Positions 1-9,920 are shown, counted from the stretch's first letter. The stretch: DNA of 64,000 nt from Deltaproteobacteria bacterium (GCA_015075075.1 JABTVA010000002.1:65985-129984); one strand, 5' to 3'. Numbers and translations: made by a program. Notes: a model not told the origin generated them from the sequence alone.

Positions 1-395
1 TTTACGGGAAGTTCAGGGAGACGCCAAAGCCGCTCTTTTTGAGGAGGAGCCATCCGCATGAATCGGTACGCCTTTTCCCTGACGCGAACCGGCGCTACGA
101 ATGGTTCGATCCTTCCCTGGCCGGAAGGTTAAATTTCACGCAATGGAGACTCCTGGCCGAATATGTGAGCTCCGTCAGCCGTGCCCCCATCCCGGCCGGA
201 GGCAAGGCGGAATGCTATCTCCTTATCAATAAATGGGCAGCCATGCACTGGAGGCACTTCGCGCATGACATGAAGACCGCCGGAAAAGACATGCTCCATA
301 TTGAGGGCATCTCGCGCCTCATGCAGAGCGGGCTGCGCGCCACAAGGCAGGGCGTGGTCTCTGTCTCGGGTATCCTGGGGATATACAGGAGGTAA
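1..395 (+). CDS. 3' end of a hypothetical protein (partial; frame open from window start)
   Basis: Frame 3 is open from nt 3 to the stop at 395. It is followed 30 nt later by a strong intrinsic terminator. No family recognised from the sequence. Confidence 0.3.
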   Translation, partial: YGKFRETPKPLFLRRSHPHESVRLFPDANRRYEWFDPSLAGRLNFTQWRLLAEYVSSVSRAPIPAGGKAECYLLINKWAAMHWRHFAHDMKTAGKDMLHIEGISRLMQSGLRATRQGVVSVSGILGIYRR

Positions 396-425
396 AAGAC
401 AGCTTTCCGAGAATCTCAGGCTGCA

Positions 426-461
426 AAAACAAAAACCCCTGAAAAGGGGTTTTTGTTTTTA
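426..461. terminator. bidirectional rho-independent terminator (AAAAACCCC-tgaaaa-GGGGTTTTTgTTTTT)
   Basis: A 9-bp stem with a GC core, flanked by an A-run upstream and a T-run downstream. It can terminate the + gene ending at 395 and the minus-strand lpx operon ending at 989. Confidence 0.6.
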
Positions 462-988
462 TAATTTCGAATGGAAAGACTGAAATCCGGAGGTATGCAA
501 AAAAGAAAAGGCGTTGTATGGACTGCTTTCAGCCAATCCGTAGGTTTCCTGAAGGAGATTGATCATTTTGCCGCTTGCCTTCAGGGCCTCTTTAGGTGGT
601 TTGCACGCACCTTGCGGATGGGGGTCCAAGGACCCTGGCTCCAGCCCATCAACGCCTGTCTCTCTGATTAAATTATATCAATTAGCGGGAACAACCGCAA
701 CTGCAATAAGGCCTCTATTTATGCAATCTTAAAAGGCGCATCCAACGGAGAAAAGACCAGACGAGCAAGTGGCAGTCCAAGGGAGCGGTTCAGGCTTCCC
801 TCCAAGGGAAATACTCGCGTATTCCCTTGAGGGCTTGCTCACCCCGCTCCTGCAGGACCCCTAGCGGGAACTGTAGCTCATCTCCATCAAATGCGCCTTT
901 TATCGCTAACGTCTTTTCTCGAGCCGTGTTATTTCTTTTTCTATTATTATATTATCCCCATTGAAAATACTTGTCAATTTTATCCGTT

Positions 989-1906
989 TCAGGAGGCAGG
1001 CTTGCCGGCCAGGCCTTCCTCCCTGCCCTCGACGGCGTCGCCCGGTCCGGGCCTGGTCTTCCACCTGTTATGTACCCAGAACCACTCCTCCGGATATTTT
1101 CTGACCATCTCCTCCACTACCCTGGCGAACCTGGCTGTATTTACGGCAGCGTCCTTTTCCCTGTCTCCGGTGGAAGCGACCTCGACCTCCCTTTGGACCT
1201 CTATGACATGGCAGGGGCCCTGTCTCCGTATGAAGACCGGCACAACGGGAGCGCCGCTTGCGAGCGCCAGGAGCGCGGGCCCCTTGTTCGAGCAGGCCGG
1301 AACGCCGAAGAAGTCCACGAAGAAGCCCTCGCTCCTCGTGACGTTCTGGTCGACGAGGGTGGCCACAATTGAGTTCCGGGCAAGCCTCTTCATCAACTTT
1401 CGCATCGCGCCCTTCTTGTATACTACCCTGTTACCCGACCGCGTCCTCACCCAAGTGACGAACCTCTCGAAGAGCCTGCTGTCGAGCTCCCGGACGACGA
1501 TCTCTGGCCTGTATCCCCTGAGGCCCAGGCACGCACCAAGGAGCTCCCAGTTCCCGAAATGCGCCGTGAGTATTATGACGCCCCTTCCCCCTGCCAGCGC
1601 CCTGTCCATGTTTTCGAGCCCGTTCCATTTAACGAGCCCCTCCATTTTCCTTCCGCTCAGCCAGGGAAGCCTCGTGAACTCGAATAGCATTATCGAAAGG
1701 TGCCTGAAAACATTTCTCGCTATCCTCTCCTTCTCGGCACGACCGAGCGCCGGGCCGAATGCCCGATCGAGGTTGTCGAGCGCGATATTGCGGTGCTTCT
1801 TAAGGACGCGGAAAGCAACGCTTCCGAGCGCGCCCCCGAGCAGGAATACGGCCCTGTAAGGCATGTGGCCGATGACAAACGAGACGGCCTTGAGGAAAAA
1901 GAGCAT
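989..1906 (-). CDS. lpxL: lipid A biosynthesis lauroyl/myristoyl acyltransferase (LpxL/HtrB family)
   Basis: 305 aa. Has the HX4D-type LPLAT motif region (ILTAHFGNWE) and ends WVHNRWKTRP as in LpxL. Last gene of the minus-strand lpx operon. Confidence 0.8.
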   Translation of the reverse strand: MLFFLKAVSFVIGHMPYRAVFLLGGALGSVAFRVLKKHRNIALDNLDRAFGPALGRAEKERIARNVFRHLSIMLFEFTRLPWLSGRKMEGLVKWNGLENMDRALAGGRGVIILTAHFGNWELLGACLGLRGYRPEIVVRELDSRLFERFVTWVRTRSGNRVVYKKGAMRKLMKRLARNSIVATLVDQNVTRSEGFFVDFFGVPACSNKGPALLALASGAPVVPVFIRRQGPCHVIEVQREVEVASTGDREKDAAVNTARFARVVEEMVRKYPEEWFWVHNRWKTRPGPGDAVEGREEGLAGKPAS

Positions 1907-2970
1907 CAGAGGACACCCCTCAGGACCGGGGCAAGCGAGGAATCAAGGAGGCTCTTCTCTATATCCACCCTGACCCTGAGCGCGAAGACCGGCGTCCGCC
2001 TTTCCATGCCCCTCAGCTTTACCCCGTCCTTTTCCGTGGTGACGACGAGGTCCGCGCCCCTGGCCCTCCCGGCTATGGCAGAGGAGTCCGCGTCCGTGTA
2101 AGAGTGGTGGTCCGGGAATTCGAGGGAGGAATATACGGTACAGCCCAGCTCTTCGAGGCTTTCATTGAACGAGGCGGGGCTTGCGATGCCCGAGACGGCC
2201 ACGACCTTTTGCCCCTGGAGCGATCCGAGAGGAAGCTCCCTGCCGGAATCGATATCATAGAGCGAGTCGGGCCTGTAGGAAAATGCGATATAGGGGACCG
2301 AGTGCTCCCTAAGGAGATCGAGCGTCCTGCCCTCGGGTTTTCCGCCTTTCACCAGCGCGAAATCCGCCCTCTTGAGCCCGGAGACCGGCTCGCGGAGCAC
2401 CCCCCTCGGAAGGAGATAGCCGTTCCCGAACCCCTCTTTTGAATCCATGAGGACTATGTTGATGTCCCGTTCAAGCCGCACGTGCTGGAAGGCGTCGTCG
2501 AGTATGATGACGTGCGGGGAAAACCTTTTGAGCGCGAAGAGCCCGGCCTTTACCCGGTCCGGGGAGACCACTACCGGCACGCCAGGAAGCCTCGTTGCCA
2601 TTAGGTACGGCTCGACCCCGGCCTCAGCCGGGCCCATGAGAAGGCCTTCCGTGTCCGAGACGACCGAAACGCCTTTGGCGCTCCCCCCGTAGCCGCGGCT
2701 CAGGACCGCGACCCTCTTGCCGTCCCTCCTGAAAAACTCGGCAAGGAATATGGTCACAGGCGTCTTCCCCGTGCCGCCGACCGTGAGGTTCCCGACGGAC
2801 ACCACTTTCGCGGGGATCCTGTGAGTGGGGAATATGCCCGACCTGTACGAGAAGAGCCTGGCCCGCACACCGAGGCCGTAGGCAACGGACGCGGCGTAAA
2901 GGAGCGCGCGGGGCCCGAACCCCAGCCTTTCCCCCCTCATGCCCGCCTCTATCTTCCTTGCTATGGACAC
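1906..2970 (-). CDS. lpxK: tetraacyldisaccharide 4'-kinase
   Basis: 354 aa. N-terminal Walker A VGNLTVGGTGKTP is typical of LpxK. Overlaps the lpxL start. Confidence 0.9.
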   Translation of the reverse strand: MSIARKIEAGMRGERLGFGPRALLYAASVAYGLGVRARLFSYRSGIFPTHRIPAKVVSVGNLTVGGTGKTPVTIFLAEFFRRDGKRVAVLSRGYGGSAKGVSVVSDTEGLLMGPAEAGVEPYLMATRLPGVPVVVSPDRVKAGLFALKRFSPHVIILDDAFQHVRLERDINIVLMDSKEGFGNGYLLPRGVLREPVSGLKRADFALVKGGKPEGRTLDLLREHSVPYIAFSYRPDSLYDIDSGRELPLGSLQGQKVVAVSGIASPASFNESLEELGCTVYSSLEFPDHHSYTDADSSAIAGRARGADLVVTTEKDGVKLRGMERRTPVFALRVRVDIEKSLLDSSLAPVLRGVL

Positions 2971-4265
2971 CCTAAGCTCCTGAGGAGCCTTTCGATTGCA
3001 GAGGCCGCGCGCTCGGAAGCGCCCCTGTTCTCCTCGACCACGCCCCGCGCCTTCCTGCCGGTCCTTTTCCGAAGGACCTCGTTGGAAAGGAGCCCTTCGA
3101 GCGCGGGACCAAGCCCGTTATCGCCTCCGGCCCGTATGCCTCCGCCCTCCTTTTCAAGGAGCTCGGCCATGCCGAGGTATGCGGCAAGGTGCGGGCCGTA
3201 TACCACCGGCACGCCGTAGTACGCGGGCTCGAGGAGGTTATGCCCGCCTATGCCGGGGACGAGCGAGCCCCCGACTATTGCGACGTCCGAGAGCGAGTAG
3301 ACGGTCATTAGCTCGCCGATGGTGTCGAGGAGGACGACCTCCGCGCCGCCTCCACCGGCTTTCCCGGACCGCCTCGCGTAAGCGAGGCCGCTCTTCCTGA
3401 TTATGGATTCGACCTCGTTGAACCTCTCGGGGTGCCTCGGGGCGAGCACAAGCCTGAGCCCCTGGAACTTCCCCTTGAGTTCCCTGAAAGCGGAAAGGAC
3501 CATCTCCTCCTCGCCCGGGTGGGTCGAGCCCGCGGTTATGACGAGCGTGCCCGGGCCTTTGCCCAGGGCCTCTTTTAATTCAGCCGGAAGACGGGGGGCA
3601 GTGCTCGGCGGCGAGAGGTCGAACTTGAGGTTCCCGGCAAGCTCGACCCGGTCTTCAGGTACGCCGATTGATACGGCCTTTTCCATGTCCTCGCCAGTCC
3701 TTGCAAGAAAGAGGCTCACCCCGCTGAATACGCCCCTGAAAAGGAAAGAGAGCCTCCTGAACCTTCCAGCCGATTTATCGGAGACGGTGCCGTTCACAAC
3801 GACGACCGGCGCTCCGGCCTTCCTCATGGCCCTGAACGCATTCGGCCATATCTCCTTTTCCACCACGATGAAAAGAGAGGGCTTTACGAGCGAAATGGCG
3901 CGCCGCACCGACCAGGAAAGGTCGAGCGGGTAGTATATGAGCGCGTCGATAAGCCCCTTCCCCTCCTTTTCAGCGGTCCTCTGGCCCGTGGCCGTCACAG
4001 TCGAGAAGAGTATCTTCATGTCCGGCCGCCTGCGCTTCAGGAGCCTGACGACCGGGAGCACGGCCTTGGTTTCACCGACCGATACGGCGTGCACCCACAC
4101 GACCCTCCCCTTTCCCAGGTTCCTCAACTTCCTTTTCCTTATGAACCCGAACCTCTCGGGGATGCCCTCCCTGTACTTGCGGGAGGTGAGCATTTTAAGG
4201 AGGAAATACGGTATCAAAAGAAGGATTGCCGCGTGCAGGAGTGTGTTATAGAGGAAATATGCCAT
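2961..4265 (-). CDS. waaA: 3-deoxy-D-manno-octulosonic acid (Kdo) transferase
   Basis: Start chosen at the internal Met MAYFLYNTLLHA, matching the WaaA N-terminus. The ORF-track start at 4319 is an upstream extension. GT30 fold motifs are present. Confidence 0.85.
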   Translation of the reverse strand: MAYFLYNTLLHAAILLLIPYFLLKMLTSRKYREGIPERFGFIRKRKLRNLGKGRVVWVHAVSVGETKAVLPVVRLLKRRRPDMKILFSTVTATGQRTAEKEGKGLIDALIYYPLDLSWSVRRAISLVKPSLFIVVEKEIWPNAFRAMRKAGAPVVVVNGTVSDKSAGRFRRLSFLFRGVFSGVSLFLARTGEDMEKAVSIGVPEDRVELAGNLKFDLSPPSTAPRLPAELKEALGKGPGTLVITAGSTHPGEEEMVLSAFRELKGKFQGLRLVLAPRHPERFNEVESIIRKSGLAYARRSGKAGGGGAEVVLLDTIGELMTVYSLSDVAIVGGSLVPGIGGHNLLEPAYYGVPVVYGPHLAAYLGMAELLEKEGGGIRAGGDNGLGPALEGLLSNEVLRKRTGRKARGVVEENRGASERAASAIERLLRSLGCP

Positions 4266-4278
4266 CGAGGACAGGGAA

Positions 4279-4937
4279 TTAATTCTTGAAGCGTTTGTCC
4301 GCGGCAGAGGTGATCTCAATCAGGGTCTTCTCCAGTCTGGCCCTTGCCTCTTCCATCTCCACGGGGCCCGCGTCATTTCCGACCTCTAAGGGTTCGCCGC
4401 AGATGAAGACACCCCTGGAGAACGGGTACGGGACTATGAAACCGTCCCAGCTGCCAAAGGTTTTTTTTTTGAGGCCCCGAAGGTAATGGGGAGTATGGGA
4501 AGGCCAGTGGCCTTGGCTATCTGTATGGCCCCCATCTGGGCCCTCATGGCAGGCCCCCTCGGGCCGTCCGGGGTGATGGCCAAGTCGCTACCCTCGCGGG
4601 CGGCCCTCAAAAGCCCCTTGATCCCGGCTACCCAGCCCCTTGTGGTGGACCCGCGGACCGAATCCATGCCGAAGCTGCGGACCGTGCGGGCTATAAGCTC
4701 GCCGTCCTTGCTCTGGCTGACCATTATCGATATCTTCTTCCCCAGGTAGCAGTAAGGCATCATGAGGAGCCTGCCGTGCCAGAAGGCGATCATGACCTGC
4801 GCTCCCCTGGACGCGTACTCCCGGTAGCGGTCATAGCCGACGTAGTCTATGCGCATGGTGGCCCGGATGAGCCTTATTACCCAGGCCGCCAGGAAGGGCA
4901 GCGCCCGCATTACGAATTTTTCGCTGAACCTGCTCAT
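4279..4937 (-). CDS. DUF374 lysophospholipid-acyltransferase-like protein (KdtA-associated), disrupted by -1 frameshift in an A10 tract
   Basis: The listed ORF ends ...GASKKKPLAAGTVS* at 4434. Reading with one extra A in the A10 run (plus-strand T10 at 4461-4470) restores the conserved DUF374 C-terminus SWDGFIVPYPFSRGVFICGEPLEV... The restored frame stops at 4279, 14 nt before the waaA start. Confidence 0.75.
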
Positions 4938-5031
4938 ATCCTTAAAGGCGCCCGCCTTGGACTTTCGGCTGTCCTGACCGGGGCGCTCTTAAATTAGCAC
5001 GGCCCGGGATTTTTCTCAATAGGCGCGCCAG

Positions 5032-6786
5032 TTAGCTTTCAAACTGCATGGCATAAAGGCGCGAATACTCCCCGCCTGATGAGACGAGCTCCTCGTGCCT
5101 GCCGGTCTCCTTTATGGAACCGCCCGAAAGCACGACTATCCTGTCAGCCCCCCTTATTGTCGAGAGCCTGTGGGCTATTACGAATGTGGTGCGGCCCGAT
5201 ATGAGGTTCGAGAGGGCCTTCTGCACCTCCATCTCGGACTCGGTATCGAGGGCAGAGGTGGCCTCGTCGAGTATGAGGATGGGGGCGTCCTTCAATATGG
5301 CCCTTGCTATCGATATCCGCTGCCTCTCCCCGCCGGAGAGCTTGAGGCCGCTGTCGCCGATAACCGTATCATAGCCCTGCGGGAGCCTCATTATGAAGTC
5401 GTGCGCGTTCGCCGCCTTTGCGGCGGCGGTTATCTCTTCGTCGCTCCTCTCAACCCCGTATGCGATGTTCCTTTTAACCGTATCGTTAAAGAGTATTACC
5501 TGTTGCGAGACTATCGCCACCATCGCCCGTAGGGACTTTAGCGACAGCTCCCGTATGTCCCTGCCGTCCATGAGTATGGCGCCCTCGGTAACGTCGTAGA
5601 ACCTCGGGATGAGGTTCACGAAGGTTGACTTGCCGGCGCCGGAGCTCCCTACTATGGCCACGACCTCTCCCCTCCTTACGCGGAGGTCGATGCCCTGCAG
5701 GACCGATTCGGCGCCGTACCTGAAGCCCACGCCCCTGAACGCGATGGAGTCCGGCGCGCCCGCCTGAACGCCGCTCTCCCCGACCTTCTCCCCAGGCCTG
5801 TCGATTATCTCGAAGACCCTGGCGGCGGCGGCAAGGCCCTGCTGTATATTGAGGTTCACGCCGTTAAGCGCCTTTATGGGCTGGTAGAACATTATGACCG
5901 CGGCAAAAAACGATATGAACGCCCTCGGCCTCGAGCGTGCCCTGGCTTATCCTGTAGGCCGCATACCATATGGTGACGGCAAAGGCGACGGCCCCGATGG
6001 TCTCCATGAGGGCGAGGAGAGGGAGCGCACCTTGGCGGTCTTTATCTGGTTACGGGTGTAGCTCTCGTTCTCGGCCTGGAACCGCGCTGACTCGTACCCC
6101 TCCATGCAGAAGGCCTTCACTATCCGTATCCCGGCTATGGCCTCGTGGAGGAGCGCCGTCATCGCGCCCATTGTTATCTGCCCCTGCGTCGAGACCTTCT
6201 TCATCCTCTTCCCGAGCTTCTGCATCGGGTATACCGAGAGGGGGAGCGCAACCCCGGCGGCCAGGGCGAGCTGCCAGTCGAGGCTTACGACCACCGCGCC
6301 GAGGACGATTATGGTGAGGCTCTGCTTAAGGACCTGCGTGACCGCCTCGGAGGTCGAGGTCTGTATCATGTTGACGTCATGGGTTATGCGGGAGGTGAGG
6401 ACCCCCGTGGAGGTGTCCGAAAAGAAGCCGAGCGGCTGGTCGAGTATGTGCGAGTAGAGCTTTTTTCTGAGGTCGCGGACGACCCCCTGCCCCACGTAAG
6501 CCATGAAGTAGGACTGGCCGTACGAGCTTACGCCCTTTACCGCGGCGACGAGAATTATCGCGAACGGTATGGCGAGCATCATCCTGTCCCTGGGGACGGT
6601 GAAGAGGTCGAAGGGGACGAGCTTCACATCGCCCCCGCCGCTCGAAAAGAGGAACTTCATCACCGGCCCGATGAGGTAGGCCATCGCGCCGTTCGAAAGG
6701 GCGAAGGCGACCATGCACACGAAGGCCATCATGAAATGGACCTTGTAGCGCGGCAGAAGCCTGAGTATGCGGATATACGTGTTCAT
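5032..6786 (-). CDS. msbA: lipid A export ABC transporter ATP-binding/permease MsbA (split by two compensating frameshifts)
   Basis: The TMD ORF (5947-6786) and NBD ORF (5032-5892) share a frame. The correct sequence LMETIGAVAFAVTIWYAAYRISQGTL is in another frame for about 95 nt between roughly 6020 and 5925. Walker A GSSGAGKST, the signature LSGGERQR and Walker B ILILDEATS are all present. Confidence 0.8.
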
Positions 6787-7967
6787 GTCCTGCGGACCAG
6801 GTCCGGGCTTACGTGATAATCGTGGTAGTCGAGGTTCGTGATGAGGTTGTATATGGCCCTGGCCGCCTTTTCCGCGGCCCCTCCCCTGCCGAGGCTTTTC
6901 CGTATCTGGTCGTAGCCTCTCAGCATCTCTTCCCTCCGCGGCCCTTCGAGCATGGAGAGTACCTCCCCGGCGATGTTCTCGGGGCTGGCCTCGTCCTGCA
7001 GGAGCTCGGGGACAACCTCGCGCTCCGCCACTATGTTCGGAAGGCCGGCATGGGGGATCTTTACAAGCGCCCTGGCTATGCCGTAGGAGACGGGCGCCAT
7101 CTTGTAGACGATGACCATCGGCGTGCCTATGAGCGCCGTCTCCAGGGTGGCCGTGCCCGAGGCGACCACCGCCGCGTCGGATGCCCTGAGGGCCTCGTAC
7201 ATCCGCCCCCGCACTATCCTTATGTCCGCCTTTCCGTCCTTGAGGGCCGCGTTGAAGAGCCCGTCCTCTATGCTACGGGCCGCGGGGAGTAGAAAAACGG
7301 CCTTTCCGTCAAGCTTCTCCGAGATTATGCGGGCCGCCCCGGCCATCGGGGAGATGAGCCTTTTGACCTCGCCCGTCCGGCTCCCCGGGAGAAGCGATAC
7401 TACCCGGTCGCGGTCTTCGAGCCCCAGGGTCGCCCTCGCCTCTTCCCTCGTAAGGTCGCATCTGACCGTATCGGCGAGCGGATGTCCCACGTACTCGACG
7501 TCGACCCCGGCCTCCCTGTATATATAGTACTCGAAGGGGAAGACGACCAGCATCTTGTTAACGAGGCGGGCGATCTTCTTAAGCCGCCCCTTTCTCCAGG
7601 CCCAGACCTGGGGGCTTATGTAGTAGATGACCGGGACCCCGAGCCTCCTTGCCTCTTTAGCTATCCTCAGGTTGAAATCAGGGAAGTCGATGAGGACGAC
7701 CGCGTCGAAGCGCTCGCCCCGGAGCTGGCGTTTCAGGGTACTCATGGATTTGAGTATCCTTGGCAGCCTGGACGCAACCTCCACGACCCCGACGACCGAG
7801 ACCTCGCGGGAGTCGAGGCCCACGAGCCCCTCTTCCTTCATGCGCCAGCCGCCCATGCCGGCCACGTTGAGCCCGCCCGGGACAAGCTTCTTCAACGCCC
7901 TTATGAGGGCCGCGCCGTGGAGGTCCCCGGACTCCTCCCCGCTTACCATCAGTATGCTTTTATCCAT
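6783..7967 (-). CDS. lpxB: lipid-A-disaccharide synthase
   Basis: 394 aa, GT19 family, with the N-terminal MVSGEESGDLHGA motif typical of LpxB. Confidence 0.9.
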   Translation of the reverse strand: MDKSILMVSGEESGDLHGAALIRALKKLVPGGLNVAGMGGWRMKEEGLVGLDSREVSVVGVVEVASRLPRILKSMSTLKRQLRGERFDAVVLIDFPDFNLRIAKEARRLGVPVIYYISPQVWAWRKGRLKKIARLVNKMLVVFPFEYYIYREAGVDVEYVGHPLADTVRCDLTREEARATLGLEDRDRVVSLLPGSRTGEVKRLISPMAGAARIISEKLDGKAVFLLPAARSIEDGLFNAALKDGKADIRIVRGRMYEALRASDAAVVASGTATLETALIGTPMVIVYKMAPVSYGIARALVKIPHAGLPNIVAEREVVPELLQDEASPENIAGEVLSMLEGPRREEMLRGYDQIRKSLGRGGAAEKAARAIYNLITNLDYHDYHVSPDLVRRT

Positions 7968-8102
7968 TAGGCACGAACGAACTCGCGAGCAAGCCGGAAA
8001 AAGACCGGTCCGGCGGGGTCAGTCTGAAATTTAATACAGGGGCGCTGGAGGACCCTGTATGAATATGCCACGGGCCTTGCGCAAAACCCGAGCTGCCGGT
8101 TT

Positions 8103-9068
8103 TCAAGACCGGCCAGGGCATACTGAACTGGATCCGGAGGCCTCCCGTATGCTTTCGGCAAGCTCAAGGGCCCTCATCCCGTCCATGCCCGAGACTACCG
8201 GGGGAACCCCGTCCCTCACTGAAATAATGAAGCTCCTGATCTCCTCGAGGAGCGAGTCCTTTTTTTCGACCTTTACGTCTTCAGCCGCCTGCGTAGCGAC
8301 CGGGCCGCTCCCCGGGACCGTCCTGTCTATATAGAGCGCCTGGGCCGCGTAGTCTATGGTGATTATGGCCCCGGGCTGGTAGACCGTTATCTTCCTTACC
8401 CGCTCCCTCGCGGCCCTGCTCGCGGTTATGGCGGCGACACACCCGTTACGGAAGGCGACCCTGGCGCTCGCGAAATCGGCCTTGCCCCGGGACACAACGG
8501 GCAGGGCCGTCGCCTCAACATGCTCCGGCTCCGACCCGGCCAGCGAGAGGACGAGGTCTATATCGTGTATCATCACGTCGAGGATGACGTCGACGTCGGT
8601 GCTCCTGTTCGGGTAGGGAGAGGTCCTGACGGCCTCTATGTAGAGCGGGTCTTTTATCGCGCCCCCAAGGGCCAGCATGGCCCCGTTGAACCTCTCGATG
8701 TGCCCGGCCTGCAAAACGACCCCGGCCCTTTCCGCCTCCCTTACGAGCTCCGCCGCCTCCCTCGAATCAGCGGCAAGGGGCTTCTCCATCATCACGTGGA
8801 CGCCCCTTGAGAGGAACTCCATCCCGATAAAGTGGTGGAATTCGGTGGGAGTGGCTATGCTTACCGCGTCCACGAGCCCTAAGAGCTCGCCGTAGTTCCT
8901 GAAGGCCTTTGTGCCGACCTCTTTCGCGACCGCCTCGGCGCGGAGAGGGTCGGCGTCCACGACCCCCACGAGCTCGGCGTCTTCGAGCGCGGCGTACTTC
9001 TGGGCGTGGAACCTGCCGAGGTACCCGACCCCTATTACGGCCGCCTTAATCCTCTTCCGGGAGATCAC
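8103..9068 (-). CDS. Gfo/Idh/MocA family NAD-dependent oxidoreductase (GnnA-like, candidate UDP-GlcNAc 3-dehydrogenase)
   Basis: 321 aa. N-terminal Rossmann motif AAVIGVGYLGRFHA and an EKPLA motif. Sits between lpxA and lpxB, the position where GnnA is found. Confidence 0.6.
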   Translation of the reverse strand: MISRKRIKAAVIGVGYLGRFHAQKYAALEDAELVGVVDADPLRAEAVAKEVGTKAFRNYGELLGLVDAVSIATPTEFHHFIGMEFLSRGVHVMMEKPLAADSREAAELVREAERAGVVLQAGHIERFNGAMLALGGAIKDPLYIEAVRTSPYPNRSTDVDVILDVMIHDIDLVLSLAGSEPEHVEATALPVVSRGKADFASARVAFRNGCVAAITASRAARERVRKITVYQPGAIITIDYAAQALYIDRTVPGSGPVATQAAEDVKVEKKDSLLEEIRSFIISVRDGVPPVVSGMDGMRALELAESIREASGSSSVCPGRS

Positions 9069-9888
9069 TTTTTCTCTTCGCCCTTTCGCGCGCTATGCCC
9101 CTCTTCGAGCCCTTTATGAAATCCGCGAACCGTTTCGCGTGGACCGAGTGCGGCATTTCGCTTAACAGCCTCTCACCGGCCTCGGCGGTCGATATGGCGG
9201 ACCTGAAGATTATGTCGTAGGACCTCTTTATCTCGTCTATGGCTTCCCTTGAGAAGCCCTGCCTTCTTATGCCCACGGCATTGAGCCTGTACACCCTGGC
9301 CCTGTTCCCCACGGCCATGACGTAAGGGGGGATGTCCTTGCTTACCGCCGAGGCGCCCCCTATTATGCAGTACGCGCCTATCCGGACGTGCTGGTGGACC
9401 GCCACCAGGCCGCCCACTATGGCGTTGTCGTCTATGGAGACGTGGCCGCCGAGGGTGGCCGAGTTCGCCATTATGACGTTATTTCCGATGCGGCAGTCGT
9501 GCGCTATGTGCACGTAGTTCATGAACAGGTTGTTGTTTCCGCACACGGTCATGAGCCTGTCCTTGGTGGTGGCCCTGTGTATCGTCACGAACTCCCTGAT
9601 GGTGTTCCCGTCTCCTATGACGGTCTCGGTCTTCTGCCCCTTGTAGCCGAGGTCCTGCGGGGCCGCGCCTATGGAGACGAACTGGAATATGTGGTTACCC
9701 CTGCCGATGGTCGTCCACTTGTCTATGACCACGTGGGCGCCTACCTTAGTGTCCTCGCCTATCCTCACCCCTTCGCCTATGACCGTGAACGGGCCTATCT
9801 CCACGCCCGGAGAGAGCTCCGCAGTGGGGTGGACGGACGCGGTCGGGTCGATACGGACTTTCTTTAGGGACGCAACTGACTCGCTCAT
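9046..9888 (-). CDS. lpxA: acyl-ACP--UDP-N-acetylglucosamine O-acyltransferase
   Basis: 280 aa with left-handed beta-helix hexapeptide repeats. Begins MSESVASLKKVRIDPTASVHPTAEL... and carries a C-terminal basic extension. Confidence 0.9.
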   Translation of the reverse strand: MSESVASLKKVRIDPTASVHPTAELSPGVEIGPFTVIGEGVRIGEDTKVGAHVVIDKWTTIGRGNHIFQFVSIGAAPQDLGYKGQKTETVIGDGNTIREFVTIHRATTKDRLMTVCGNNNLFMNYVHIAHDCRIGNNVIMANSATLGGHVSIDDNAIVGGLVAVHQHVRIGAYCIIGGASAVSKDIPPYVMAVGNRARVYRLNAVGIRRQGFSREAIDEIKRSYDIIFRSAISTAEAGERLLSEMPHSVHAKRFADFIKGSKRGIARERAKRKSDLPEED

Positions 9889-9920
9889 TTTATGAAGTAC
9901 GCCTTTCGTTGTTGGGGGTG

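Noticed and set aside
42-131. Perfect GAGGAGG Shine-Dalgarno followed by a 24-codon ATG ORF at 58-131
   Set aside because: It lies inside the open reading frame that runs from the window edge to 395. It is more likely an internal coincidence than a separate leader peptide.
471-671. 66-aa ORF 471-671 and other short ORFs in the lpxL 3' region
   Set aside because: No RBS, overlap with the terminator hairpin and hairpin-rich sequence argue for a non-coding region.
770-830. Possible SRP (4.5S) RNA because of GGAAGC...AAGG-like strings
   Set aside because: The conserved domain IV sequence (GGUCCGGAAGGAAGCAGCC) is not matched in either orientation.
6145-6816. Long plus-strand ORFs antisense to msbA, lpxD, bamA, lolD, etc. 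(e.g. 6145-6816, 10791-11570, 14457-15773, 15770-16555, 44151-45383, 54281-55390)
   Set aside because: They are Arg/Pro/Gly-rich with no family resemblance and lie opposite well-supported genes. These are typical high-GC alternative-frame artefacts.
9046-9068. lpxA C-terminal basic tail and lpxD coiled-coil tail as novel domains
   Set aside because: Short low-complexity extensions are common in these families. They are not distinctive enough to report as findings.
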